Part shown: in pieces, positions 25,965 through 38,384 of the stretch
How positions within the stretch are numbered: the stretch's first letter is position 1
Layout of the letters: the number at the start of each line of letters is the position of its first letter
Origin: Stegostoma tigrinum
Taxonomy: Eukaryota
Assembly (NCBI RefSeq): GCF_030684315.1
Contig: NC_081362.1
Span: 23,696,571-23,760,570 of the forward strand
Reading direction: 5' to 3'
Length of the DNA: 64,000 nt
The notes under the pieces: generated by a model
What the model was told of the DNA's origin: nothing
The model's input: the letters and a program-made list of their open reading frames with translations, nothing else
Databases searched by the model: none
Position numbers and translations under genes: made by a program

Positions 25965-26065
25965 TAAAGAAGCGTCTTTGGACCCAAAACATTAATTTAG
26001 TTTCTTTCTCCACAGAATCTGCTAGACGTTTCACATTTCTCCAGTGTTTTCTGTTTTTATTTGAG
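25965..26065 (+). mobile_element. Old PLE terminal-repeat fragment
   Basis: 'gaagcgtctttggacccaaaacattaa...tttctttctccacagaatctgc...tttctccagtgttttctgtttttattt'. Confidence 0.5.
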
Positions 26066-27804
26066 GAAATCCTTTGCCTGTCTGATCCCATGAGGCATCA
26101 TTCTCCCAGACACCTTTTCCTCTGTGCCCTATTGCACCATTATCAACTACTGCTAGAGGGTGTTAAACACTTCCCTGCTTGATTCTTGCTATCGGACAAG
26201 TATACATCGTACACACTGACCGTTTGCTAAGCAGTTGTGTGATTAGAAGCCTCAATTTTGTTATAATATCTAGAATGTTTGGGTCGACATGTAAGGGAGC
26301 ATTCTCTTCTTACATCATTGATTTGGCCAAATAGAAAGGTTTGGTGTGATTTCCGGCATTGGCTTAAGAGGACTTCCTTAGCTTATTTCTCTACCAGTAC
26401 CTTCCAAGGAACCTAGGATATATGGCAAACCACTCACATAGGGTCTAGATTGGTCAGGACTGCAGGAGTCATATGATTGTTGCTTCAGTTTTCTAACAGT
26501 TTATTGCTACACTGTTTTCCAGGGAGGGAGTATGCCTTTCCAAACTGGGTGTACTCCTTGGATTTACAACAAAAAGATCTCACCAGGATTCTTCATCATT
26601 TGGGACTCCACTTCACTTGAGCCATCAAACAATGCCACTTCAGATTCCACAGTAGTGCTGAATGAGTTGCTTCTCCCCATATCATCTACCAGATTTTTAG
26701 TCTCAAGTAACTTCCCTTTGTGAACCTTTTGCTGAGGCCACCATCCAAATTTAAGTTCAACAATTTTGGTGTCATTACCTGTATCCAGACTCCAATGAGT
26801 CTTTGGGTTTCAGAGTCCCAGATATCCTGGCTCTTAGTCTGAGCCTGATATTTTGATTTGGGAGGAATACACTCGCAGAGATTGGAGGATCGGTCCTGTC
26901 AGTCTTGTAATTATTCAATGTTTTACTTCTTAGAGTTTCCCTCATAATTCTTCTGGATTTTAACTCAAACACCTTGCTTCGCCTCATGTGATGCTCAGCA
27001 ATACACTCATTTACCTGGAAATCTCCAACAGAAGGTGTAGTGAGTGCAAGGAGATGGTCCAATGCTGATTAAGGAGAGATCCAGGAAGAAGATGTGGTCA
27101 TATGACTTCAACTCCAGCGACAGAGGGATCAGAGGGTCCTCCCCTTTAGCTTGATTATGCTCATAAAACCTCTGCTGTCAGGCCACTGCTATCCCAAAAA
27201 CTCTTGTCAGTGCCTCAAAGATTCACAGTGGATCTCTTTGAACATTTGTGTCTCTTCCCAGTATTTCTGACAGGGTGTCCCACACAGTGGTACCATCATG
27301 AATGCTGCCTTCTCACCTCATTGAGATACCATAATTGACTGTGCATCCTCAGTCTCTTCCTCCATATCTAACCAGCTTCCAACTCATTGGTAAGTAGAAT
27401 ACCTAATCAGGAGTACTGCTTCCTTTCTCCATATCACCACATACATGAGGAACCTCAGCCTAGGTTTGATCTAAAGATCCAGTTTTCTTTGACAATGTTT
27501 GAGCTCCAATGATACCAGAGCAGCTTTAGCGTCCACTAAAAATACTGCCAGTTTCAACACCTTCACCATCCATTCCATCTCAGCCAGGTGTTCTTCAACC
27601 TTATCCATCATGACGTGATGCAAGAGCATCGGTGTTCTGCCGACTATGCCAGAAGTGTAACATGAGATTGAACGCAAAGATTGCTCAAAGACCATGGAGC
27701 CTAAACTTATTTTATTCCTCTGACATCAGGTCAATTCAAACATGAAAGGAAATTAAGGTGAATAAGGAAGACACAGTATTTGCATAGCATCAAAATGTGG
27801 ATTA

Positions 27805-28535
27805 GGAACATAGAAACAGCTCCTGAAACCTAATCTGCTATTCAATAATATCATGGCTGAACTGCGGTCCAACTATATAGGCTTGCCTTGGGTCCATATC
27901 CTGCGATATCTATGAGTAATTAAAAAATTGTCTTTCTTGGATTTCAATTAAACAATTGAATTTGCATCAGCCACTGTTTTAGGATGAGATGCCCAAACCT
28001 TCACTATTCTTAATGTGTAGCAGTGTTTTCTAACATCTCTCCTGAATGGCCTGCCCTAATTCTTAGACTATTACCCTTGGTTCTAGAATCTTCAACAAGT
28101 GGAAATAGGGTAGATAAAGATAAACTGTCTTTCCTTGTTAATATTCTGAAGGCCTCGATAAGATCACTCTCAGCTGTCTAAATTCCAGCGAAAAAAGTCT
28201 TAATTTGTCTCATCTCTCTTCATAATTTAACTCCTGAAGTCCTGGTATCATTCTTGTAAACCTGAGTTGAACTTCCACCAAGCTCAAAAAATCCTCTTAA
28301 GGTGTGGTGCCCTGATCTGCCCACAGGCGTCTAAGAAGGGTTTTGTGTCTGCAGCGTAATATCTGTATCCCTGTAGTCCAGCCCTCCAGATATGAAGACC
28401 AGGATTCCATTATCTTTCTTGACGATTTTTGTGTGTTTTAAAGAGCTATGCACCTGAACCCCCAAATCTCAATGGACATCCACTGTATTTAACTTTACAC
28501 TTCTAATAAAGTACCCTGATCTATCCTTTTCTGGT
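27805..28535 (-). mobile_element. Old CR1 3' fragment
   Basis: Reverse-strand CR1 ORF2 end and tail starting 'ggaacatagaaacag'. Confidence 0.75.
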
Positions 28536-28599
28536 CAGAAAGCAAGTCACACTTGAAAGCTGTGGAAGATGCATTTTAATGAAAGCAAGTCACACTTGG

Positions 28600-28997
28600 C
28601 CTGGAGAATCAAAGCCTGAGGGGTGACCTTATGGAGGCTTGTAAAATCATGAGAGGCATCGATAGGGTGAGTAGTCAAGGTCTTTTCCCCGGGGTAAGAG
28701 AGTCTAAAACCAGATGCCATAGGCTTGAGGTGAGAGGAGAAAGATTTTAAAGGAATCTCAGGGGCAATGCTTTCACGCAGAGAGTAGTGCGTGTATGGAA
28801 TGAACTGCCGGAGGAAGTGGTGGAGGCTGGTACAATTACAACACTTAAAGGGCATTTAGATGGGTATTTGAATAGGAAGGATTTAGAGGGATATAGGCCA
28901 AATGCTGGCAAATGGGACTAAGATTAATTAAGGATTTCTGGTCAGCATGGACAAGTTGGACAGAAGGGTCTGTTTCTGTACCTTACATCTCTATGAA
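28600..28997 (+). mobile_element. CR1 3' end
   Basis: 'ctgaggggtgaccttatggagg' (LRGDL) through the tail 'ctgtttctgtaccttacatctctatgaatc'. Confidence 0.9.
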
Positions 28998-29024
28998 TCC
29001 ACAAAAACCTTCTGAAAGTCAATA

Positions 29025-29800
29025 TAAAAAACATCCATCTACTTATCTCCACCCATCACCCTAGTCACCCCTTCAAAAAATCTATTAGATTTATGATTCA
29101 TGAATCCATGCTGACTGTTCCTGATTAACTGAAATTTTTTGAAGTGATCAGTGACCTTATCCAATAGACTCCAATAATTTCCCCATCTCTGATAATAGCA
29201 AACTAGTCTGTAATTCCCTGGTTTCCCTCTGTCACTCTTCATAAAGAGTGGAGTGACATGAGCAAATTTCCAATCCAGAAGCACAACTCTTGAATCCAGG
29301 GAATTTTGAAAGATTATGGTTAGGGCATCAAAAACATGCTCTCCTACCTCCTTTAACACCCTTGGATGGAAACTGTAAGTCCTGGGGATTTGTTACTTTT
29401 CAGTTCTATTAATTTCCCCATTATTGATGATGTACTTAAACTAATTTTATTTCAACCCGGTCCCTGATTCGCAGTTAATTCTTTTGGGACTTTTGGCAAA
29501 CTATCCTCCTTTGCTGCTGGAACAATGTAAGCTAAATAATTGCTCAGCATGTCAACCATTTCCCCATGTTATTTACAATATCCCCACTCTCAGCCTTTAG
29601 TGGGCCATTATTACTCTCAACCAGCTGCTTTCCCTTTAAATAACCATAAAATCTCTTCTTATTGTCTTTTATGTCTCTTGCAAGTTTCCTTTCAAAATTC
29701 TTTATAGCTTCTCTTATTATTTTATGGCCCTTTTTTGGTCTTTATATTTGTCCCATTCTGTGGGATCTTTACCATTGATTGCATTTTCATTAGCCTTTTT
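29025..29800 (-). mobile_element. CR1 ORF2 internal fragment
   Basis: LTIIFQNSLDSRVVLLDWKFAHVTPLFMKSDRGKPGNYR; SQHGF. Confidence 0.85.
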
Positions 29801-30079
29801 TAAAAATTCTAAATCTTTTACTTGTTTGATCCACTTTATCAGGTCTCCTTCCACCCAGGATATCTTTTCCTTCAAAGGTGCTCTATTCGATTGGTCTAGT
29901 TACCCTATTTGGTGCTCTTCTTCACCACCACCATCACGACCACCTGCTGGAGGTCCTGGCACAATTGCTTGAGTTGCCCTGCTCAATGCCCTTCTCGTTG
30001 CTACCTGCTGCTGGAAGTGCCAATTTCTAAGCCAGGCACTTTGCAACATGAGGAAGAAGGAGCACCTAAAGATGTTTCA

Positions 30080-30750
30080 CAAGGCAACAATTTACCATCA
30101 CCCTTGATGGCCTCTATAGTATTAAGTGCCATTAGATCAATGGTATTAGTTCTGATGATTAAATGAACCATCTCTTTGAAGGTGCTGAGGAGATGTAGGC
30201 ACCCTTTGTTAATCGTGCATGTTTTCCATCTGTGATTTTTTTTCCACTGCAAGAGAGAAGAAAGCACATTAATTGCTTGTGTATCAGTGTCCTTGAGTGA
30301 TGTACCAGCCATTGCTGAATCACTTTAGGTTTACAAAAGGTGTGTGTGTGATTGGAATGATTGGAAGATGTGTGTGGGTGAAGTGTAGGGCAAGAATGTT
30401 AGGAATGAGTTCTGAATGGCAGGCTGTGTACGAGGTAGGTGATGCAATGTGGCTTAATGAGTAATGTAAAAGATGGGATATGCCATCTATGTTAGATTAT
30501 GATATGCAGATGCATCCTTGCACTTCGGCTACCTAATTGAGGTAATTAAGCTTCTTTTAGCATGGCAGCTATATCCTAGTGTGGCATTCTGGGCATTAAC
30601 TCTTTCTGCCACTTGCTTCTGATCTTATTTGTGAAGGCTTCCTACCCCCTGGTGGAAACATAGGCTCTTTCCTCGCCTCCACCTGTCCGGTGAGTGCCTC
30701 TGGGTAGTTGTTTCCTTGGTGGTACACTTTCACCACCTTGTCCATCTGTG
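30080..30750 (-). pseudogene. Harbinger-associated Myb/SANT-like DNA-binding gene remnant, possibly two exons
   Basis: 30520-30750 minus reads EALTGQVEARKEPMFPPGGRKPS...QVAERVNAQNA...C*KKLNYL (Myb/SANT-like pattern). 30080-30260 minus reads LHLLSTFKEMVHLIIRTNTIDLMALNTIEAIKGDG. Confidence 0.55.
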
Positions 30751-32237
30751 CTCTGACGTGAATATCCACCAGCCTATTACTGCAAATTTCCTTTTATAGG
30801 AACTGAACCTATAAAAAGGGGAAACTTCCTGGGGGATGTGGTTTCTTTAAATGCAATTTGGTCCATTGCAGTGCACAGAGGCTGCCAGCAATGTTGTTCA
30901 AATAAATTCATTGTGGAAGCTGCTTCGGATCATGCTGCAGTTATGGAGATCAGCAGCTGAGCTTGTTTTGAATTGGATCAGGCTGGTTGCAAATTGACAA
31001 CCCTGTGCCCAAATGCTATGGTACACAAATATAGAATCACAGAAATGTAACGGAACAGAAGGAGGCCATTTAGTTCATTATGTCTGCATTGGCTCTCCAA
31101 TGGAGATCATGAGTTAATACCATTCTTCTGCCTCATATCCTTTCAAATTATTTCTGCATAAATAATCATCCAATGCCTTTTTGAATGCCTCAGTTGAATC
31201 TGCCTTCACAACACCTCCAGACAACGTAATCCAGACCTGAACAAAAGATTTTATCTCTCATCAAATTTGCTTCTTTTGTAAACCACCTTAAGTCTGTGCA
31301 CTTTCGCTTTGATCCTTCTATGATGGGGAAGTTTCTCCCTATGTACTCCATTGAGCCCCCTCCTCATGAATTCAAAAATTTCAATCAGATCTCTTAGTCT
31401 TCTTTTCTCGAAAGAGAAGTCTTTGTTTCTCCAGTCTATCATTTACTGATGTTACTTATCCCTGGTATCAATGTTATAAATCTCTTGTGCACTCTCTCTG
31501 ATGTACTCATATTCTTCCTGTAGAGTGGTGCTCAAAACTGCACACAACATTCCAGCTGAGGTCTAACATGTTCAGCATATTTTCTCTGCTCTTGTACGCG
31601 ATTCCTAGTTCATAAAGACCAAGCTATTGCATGCTTTATTAAGTAATCTTTTCACCTGCCCTGCCCTGTCACCTTCAATAATCTGTACGTTCAGCAACCC
31701 CCTACCCCCAGCCTCTGCAATCACTTTAGAATTTGTTTTAAATAGTCTGTCCTTGTTTTTCCAAAGGAAGTGCATGACCTCACACTTCACTGACACCTAT
31801 CCACCCAAGTTTTCTTTGTCTTTTTGGAATCCTACGTTGTCCTACTATCAGTTTACAATGCTTCCAAGTTTTGTATCATTTGTAAATTTTGGAAATGTCC
31901 CCTGTACACCAAGCTCTAGATCATTAATATATATTAAGAAAATCAAAGGTCCCTAAACCAAACCCTACTGATCTCCACTATAAAGTTTCCTCAAGTTTAA
32001 AAAATATCCTTTGACCATCACTGTCTGTGATCGATGTTGCTAATATCACTTATTTTGCTTGAGCTATGCCTTTTCTTGCAAATATGTTGAGTGGCACAAT
32101 ATCAAATGCCTGCTGATAATCCATGTACACCACATTAACAGCATTACCCTCATTGACCGTTTCCGTTATATCTTTGAAAAAATTCTAGCAAGTTAAAGAT
32201 GATGTCCCCTTTTCCTGCCTAATTTATTTCTAATCAA

Positions 32238-33591
32238 GCAGAGATAGTAAGAACTGCCAATGCTGCAGTCAGAGATAACAGTGTGGAGCTGGAGGAACAC
32301 AGCAAGCCAGGCAGCATCAGAGGAGCTGGAACGCTGAAGTTTTAGATTGGGACACTTCTTCAGAAATGGGGGAAGGAGCTCTAAAATAAATAGATGGAGG
32401 AGGGATGTGGCTGGGGAAGGTAGGTGGGGTGGTAATAGGTGAGTGCAGATAGGCAGTGGGGGGGGATTGGCCAGTGAGGTGGGAGGAGTGGATAGGTGGG
32501 AGAAAAGTCGGACAGGTCAAGGAGGCGGGGATGAGATGGAGAGTTGGTCATGGGATGAGGCCGGGGGTGGGGAGATTTTTAAACTAGTAAAGATTGGGAT
32601 CATTGGGTTGTAGGCTCCCAAGATGAAATATTAGGTGCTACTCCCCCAGTTTCTGGGTGGCATTGTTGTGACACTGGGGGAGGCCCAGGATGGACATGTC
32701 ATCCAGGGAGTAGGAGGGAGAGTTGAAGTGGCTCATGACTGGAAAGTCTTGTCATTTGTCATGAACAGAGCACAGGTGCTCTACAAAGTGGTCTCTGAAG
32801 GGTCTAGGCCTGAAACGTCAGTTTTTGTGCTCCTAAGATGCTTGGCCTGCTGTGTTCATCCACCTCCACACTTTGTTATCTCTGAGCATCCACTTGGTCT
32901 CACCGTTGTAGGGGAAGTCACATCGGGAGCTGTGGATGCAGTAAACCACATTAGCGGATATGCAGGTGAATATCTGTCTGATGTAGCAGGTTTTTTTGGG
33001 TCCTTGAATGGACGTGAGGGGGGAGGTAATGGGACAAGTGTAAGCACGCCTGTGATTGCAGGGAAAGGTGCCAAGAGTGGTGGGGCTATTGGAGAGTGTG
33101 GAGAGAACAAGGAAGTCACAGAGACCCCACAACCAAAGATATATTTCCCTCCCCACCTCTACCTGCCTTCCGTAGGGACCACTCTCTCTGTGACTCCCTC
33201 GTCTGCTCTGGATTCCCCACTAGCCTACATATTCCTACTTTGGAACCTACAACCCAATAGTTTCAATGTGGACTTTACTATTTCATAGTCTCCCCACGCC
33301 CAGCCTCATCCCATGACCAACCCTCCCTCTCATCCCTGCCTCTTTGACCTGTCAGTCTTCTCTCCCACCTATTCACTCCTCTCACCTCACTGACCAATCC
33401 CCATCACTGCCCACTTGCACTCACCTGTCACCATCCCACCTACCTTTCCCAGCCCGATTCCTCCGCTCTCTATTTATTTCAGAGCTCCCTTTCCTTTCCT
33501 CCATTTCTGAAGAAGGGTCCTGACCCAAAATGTCAGCGTTCCTGCTCCCCTGATGCTGCCTGCCCTGTTGTGTTCCTCCAGCTCCACACTG
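32238..33591. mobile_element. Neptune-type PLE with inverted terminal repeats and 14-bp TSD
   Basis: Minus 32238-33124 (GTFPCNHRRAYTC...ANVVYCIHSSRCDFPYNGETK), plus 33125-33591. Perfect TSD ttatttctaatcaa at 32224-32237 and 33592-33605. Confidence 0.9.
32799..32878 (+). mobile_element. 80-bp PLE tail nested within a PLE
   Basis: 'agggtctaggcctgaaacgtcag...ctttgtta' flanked by tctctga at 32792-32798 and 32879-32885. Confidence 0.75.
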
Positions 33592-33914
33592 TTATTTCTA
33601 ATCAACCCATCTTCTTTCATGTGTCTATTCATTTTATACCAAATAATTGTTTTAGAAGCTTCCCTACCACTGAAGTCTTTTTCTCTCCAGTTCAGAACAT
33701 TATCACTTAAGAAACAACATGCATTGATGGGAGCCTTTTCAGAATATGATATTTGAAGAAATGTCATTGATCTTAAAAAATAAACAAGTTTCTTTCCACT
33801 ATGTGTTTCCAGCGTCGTCTGTTTTTTTCACAGATTATCTCAATGTGTTTTGTAGCCAATTATTTATTTGAAATATAGACCTTGTTGTAAAGCAGGAATG
33901 AAGAATATTAACTG

Positions 33915-35940
33915 AAATACTGGCCTCCAGTCACCCAAACAACTTACTACCACCGCCCTCTGTCTCCTATCATTAAACCAATTTTGGTTCCAACTTGCCA
34001 AGTTTCCCTGGACCCCATGTCCCATTCTCTTCTTTATCAGTCTCCAATGTGGGACTTTGAGGCTTTATTGGAATCTATTTAAATTGTGTCAATGACACGC
34101 CTTTCACATATGTACCAATTTATTAGACATGGCCTCTCTCTGGCAAAGCCATGCTGACTCTGCCTGATCTTTTTCTCAATGTGGAGACTAATTCGCTTTT
34201 CCAGAATTTTCGCCAATAATTTCCCTGCCACTGATGTGAGACCGACTGGTCTGTAATTCCCTGGCTCATCTCTACCAGCCTTCTTGAAAAGTTGAACCAC
34301 ATCAGCTGTCCTTCAGTCCTCTGGCGACTCCATGAGGCCAGACAGGGACTAAAAATTTCCTCCCTCGTCTCCCACAGCATCTTGAGATGCAATTCATCCA
34401 GATCCAGGTATCTGTCCACTTTTAAGCCCACCAAAATTTCCAAAGCTTCATTAACCGCCATGACAATCTGCTCAAGAACCTCAGCGTCCCTCCTCCTGAA
34501 TTTTGTACCTGTATCCTCCTTCTCCAAAGTGAAGGCAGATGGGAAATACTCATTTAAAATCCTACAAATATCCTCTGGCTCCATGCACCATCTGCCCCCT
34601 GGGTCCCGGCTCTTTCCTTTGATATAATTATAGAATATCTTGGGATTCTTGCTAATCTTACTCTCCAATGTTTATTCATGTCCCCATCTGCTCTTCTAAT
34701 TGCTTTATTAAGTTTCCCACACTTTCTATACTCCACTCGGGACTCCTTTGATTAACACCCCTTGTACCTGTTAGAATCCTCTCTGTTCCTTCTTATCCAG
34801 TCCCGAATATTCCAATATATCCAGGGTTCTTTGGGCTTTCTGTCCCTACATTTCACCCTAAAGAGAACATGCTGGGCCTGTACTCTCACCAGCGCCATTT
34901 GAATGTCCCCCACTGGCCTGCTGTAGATTTACCATAAATAGCTGTCATCAGTCTAGTTTGGCCAGATCCTGTCTTATTTCAATAAAATTGGCCTTTTCCC
35001 AATCCAAAACCCTTTATTGCACACCATCTTTTTCCTTAAGCACGCTTAAAATGTGTGGCGTTGTGGTTGCTGTCATTGAAATGCTCTCACACAGTCAATT
35101 TGAGCAATTTTTGGATTTGTTCCCCTGAATTAGGTCCAGCACTGCAGCTTCCCAAATTGGATCTTCTACATGTTAATATTAGAAGTTGTCCTCAACACGT
35201 TTCAAGAATTCGGCTTCTCTCAACCTTTAATACTATGACTATTGCTTTTACGACCTCTGTCAATTGTCTACATGTCTGCTCCTCCATTATCTTCTGACTG
35301 TTTGGAGTCCATAATACACTCTCAGGAGTGTGACTGCACTGTTTTACTCTACCCGTAAAGCCTCATTTGAAAACACTTCTAAGATATTGTCCCTCTCTAC
35401 TGCAGTAACTGGTTCTTCACGAATATTGCAACACCACCTCCTCTCTTAGGCTCTCCCCTGTCTAAAGATCCTATACCCAGATTGTTGAGTTGTCAATCCT
35501 GCCCCTCCCTCAATCCAATCTTTGATGGCAACACCTTAACCTAAAATACTCCTAGCATTAAAGTATACGCCACCAAGCCTTAATCCCCTAAAACACAACA
35601 TGACTGAGCTCTGTCTACCTTGGTTCCTTCTCTAAAGTATGCTGTATATTTATTGTAGTAACATGCTGTGTGCCTTCCTTGACGCAAATTAGTTTAAACT
35701 TCTCCCAAAAGCACTAGCAAAACCTCCCGCAAAGTTGTTAGTCATTTTATGGTCAGAAGCAAGTACACTGGCACAGATCCCACCTTCTTCAGAAACAATC
35801 ATAGTTACTGGGAATCTAAAATCATCCCTCCTGTACCAGCTCTTGAATCATGCATTCGTCTCCCGTGATCCTATTTCTGTGTGCACTAGGAGTAATTCAG
35901 AGATTATAGTCTTTGAGGTCCTGCACTTTAATCATAGCTA
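33915..35940 (-). mobile_element. CR1 ORF2 (endonuclease-RT) degenerate fragment
   Basis: KISKNPKIFYNYIKGK; LNEYFPSAFT; LFKKAGRDEPGNYRPVGLTSVAGKLL; SQHGF. Confidence 0.85.
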
Positions 35941-36019
35941 GACTTTTCTGGAGTGGAAACAGGAAGTTTTGGTACACTCAAAGGGAGATAGCGATTTGAA
36001 ATTCTCTTCTTGTTGAAGG

Positions 36020-37185
36020 CAGAGTAGTGGACTTTATCTATATGGGCTTCAACAAGGCATTTGACAGGTTCTGCATAGTAGACTAGTTAACAAGTTAGAT
36101 TGCATGGAATACACAGAGAACTAGCCATTTGGATACAAAATTGGCTAGAAGGTAGGAGACAGAGGGTGATGGTGGAGCATTGTTTTACAGAGTGCTGCAG
36201 GGACCAGTGCTGGCTTCACTGCTTTTTGTCATTTATATAAATGATTTAGATGTGAATATAGGAGGTATGGTTAGTAAATTTGCAGATGTCACCAAATTAG
36301 TAGTGTAATAGACAGCGAAAAAGTTTGCCTCAGAGTAAAATGAGACCTTGATCAGACGGGCTGATGGTTTGAGGAGTGGCAGATGGAATTTAAACTAGAT
36401 CAATATGAAGTGCTATATTTTGGTAGTGCAAATCAGGGCAGGAGGTATACACCTAATGTTAGGGTCATGGGGAGTGTTGCCAAACAAAGAGTCCTGGGAG
36501 TGCCAGTTCACATTTCCTTGAAAGTGGAGTAGCAGGTAGACAGGGTAGTGAAGAAGGTGTTTGGTATACTTGCCTTTATTGGTCAGTGCATTGAATTTAG
36601 TAGTTGGGAGGTCATGTTGCAGCTGTACTGGACAGTGGTTAAGCCACTTTTGGTATACTCTGTTTAATTCTGCTCTTCCTGCTATAGGAAAGATGTCATT
36701 AAATTGAAAGGATTCAAATAGGGTTTACAAGGATGTTGCCAGGTTGGAGGGTTGGAGCTTTAGGGAGAGCTGAATAGGCTGGGGCTATTCTCCCTGAAGC
36801 ATTGGAGGCTGAGGGGTGACCTTATAAAAAATATATAAGATCATGAGGGGATAGGGTGAATAGTCAAGGTCTTTTCCCCAGGGTAGGGGAGTTCAAAGTT
36901 AGAGGGCATTGCTTTAAGGTGAAAGGAAAATGATTTCAAAGACCTAAGGAGCAAGATTTTCACACAGAGCATGGTGTGTGTATGAAATGTGCCAGAGAAA
37001 GTGGTGGAAGCTGGGACAATTACAACATTCAAGAGGCACCTGGTATGGTGCGTGAATAGGAAGGGTTCAGAAGGATGTGGACCGAATACTGGCAAATGGG
37101 ACTAGATTAATTTAAGGTATCTGGTCAGCATGGACGAGTTGGACGGAAGGGTCTCTTTCTATGCTGCGCCCTTCTATGACTCTAT
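36020..37185 (+). mobile_element. CR1 RT and 3' end
   Basis: 'ttcaacaaggcatttgac', 'agtaaatttgcagatg', 'ctgaggggtgacctt', tail 'ttctatgactctat'. Confidence 0.9.
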
Positions 37186-38384
37186 CATCCATGATCTTAC
37201 TTAGCAGTAAAATAGTCTCAAGAGGCTAAGTTGTTGATTTCTATCCCTACATTCCTATAAGCCATTACAAAACAGAAATATGTAAAAAGGCTTATATTAA
37301 TTTTTGTGAACAATGATGCAGTTGTTAAGCGCTATATTACCAAATACTATTACAGGTTCCCATTTAATGTATTCTGTCGATGTATATTCTTGCTCCTTGT
37401 CTTCTCAATGTTCTTTTCATTAGTTTCCTGATGTTACAGTAAGGGTCAGATATTTTTGTCTACATGCCTGACCTTATTAAATCTATTTGGGTATAATGAA
37501 TAGAAGATTGATTGACAGGTCTTATGCCAATAAGGGAAATTGTCTGACTTTTTGTCCACTGCAATGATTATTGTCAATAACTTTATTCGAGATAGTTCTA
37601 TCCTCTCTTTGGGGTAACAGACTTTCATTCCTGAGTTTCAATCCTTTAGCAGGGTATCTACTACAAACATAGCCAGCATTAGGTGTAAATTATCCAGATA
37701 TTATTATACAAAATATCCATATTACCCTTATATCCTCGTTTAATTCGCCAGCATAGCGCCATGATTTGTAGAATTAGAAAAGAGAAAAGCAGTTTCAGGA
37801 AGAAAATAAATTCTTGTTTCTTTCCATGTGTAGCACTGCAAGAAATTAACTATGTTTTTATAAGTTTTTCAGTGAACCTTACAATACTACATAACTAGTC
37901 CCAAGAGTTGCAGTGAATGCTGAACATGACATTTTGATTCCCAGCTCAAAATTACAAGTTAAACTCCGATGTCAATCTGAGTATGAAGGAAGGTAGACAT
38001 CAAGAAATGCAAAATAATGCACAATCTCAGAGATTCTTCATATAAATGAGTTCAAATGAGTACAAAGTAATATTAATGTAAATTCATACATAATCTTTTT
38101 TAACAAACCTGTTATTTCACAAATTCATACTTAAATTGCTCAAGAAGCATAACCACTGGTTGAGACAGGCTTAGCCTAGCTGTTTTATATTTGATGTTTG
38201 CTACATTGGGGAATTTTGGTGAAATAATTTCTATTCTTCAACTAAATTCTTCATTTCTTAAGGAATGCTTACTGGAATCAATAATTTGTTTATATTCCTT
38301 AGGAGTTAAAACATAACTTAGGACAAATTGCAACATTTTGGAGTCCTGCAATTAGTTCATGATTATTAAGACCATCGAATGTGA

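Larger units (their letters stand above)
31030..33675 (-). mobile_element. Old CR1, interrupted by a PLE at 32238-33591
   Basis: FSFEKRRLRDLIEIFEFMRRG; KCEVMHF; CR1 resumes at 33592-33675. Confidence 0.8.

Noticed and set aside
26775-27695. Minus-strand ORFs with faint coiled-coil or LINE ORF1-like character
   Set aside because: No diagnostic motif that I can identify; it could be an old transposon but cannot be supported without a search.
32635-33288. 217-aa ORF
   Set aside because: Mostly an antisense frame of a PLE, crossing a nested insertion and an inversion junction.
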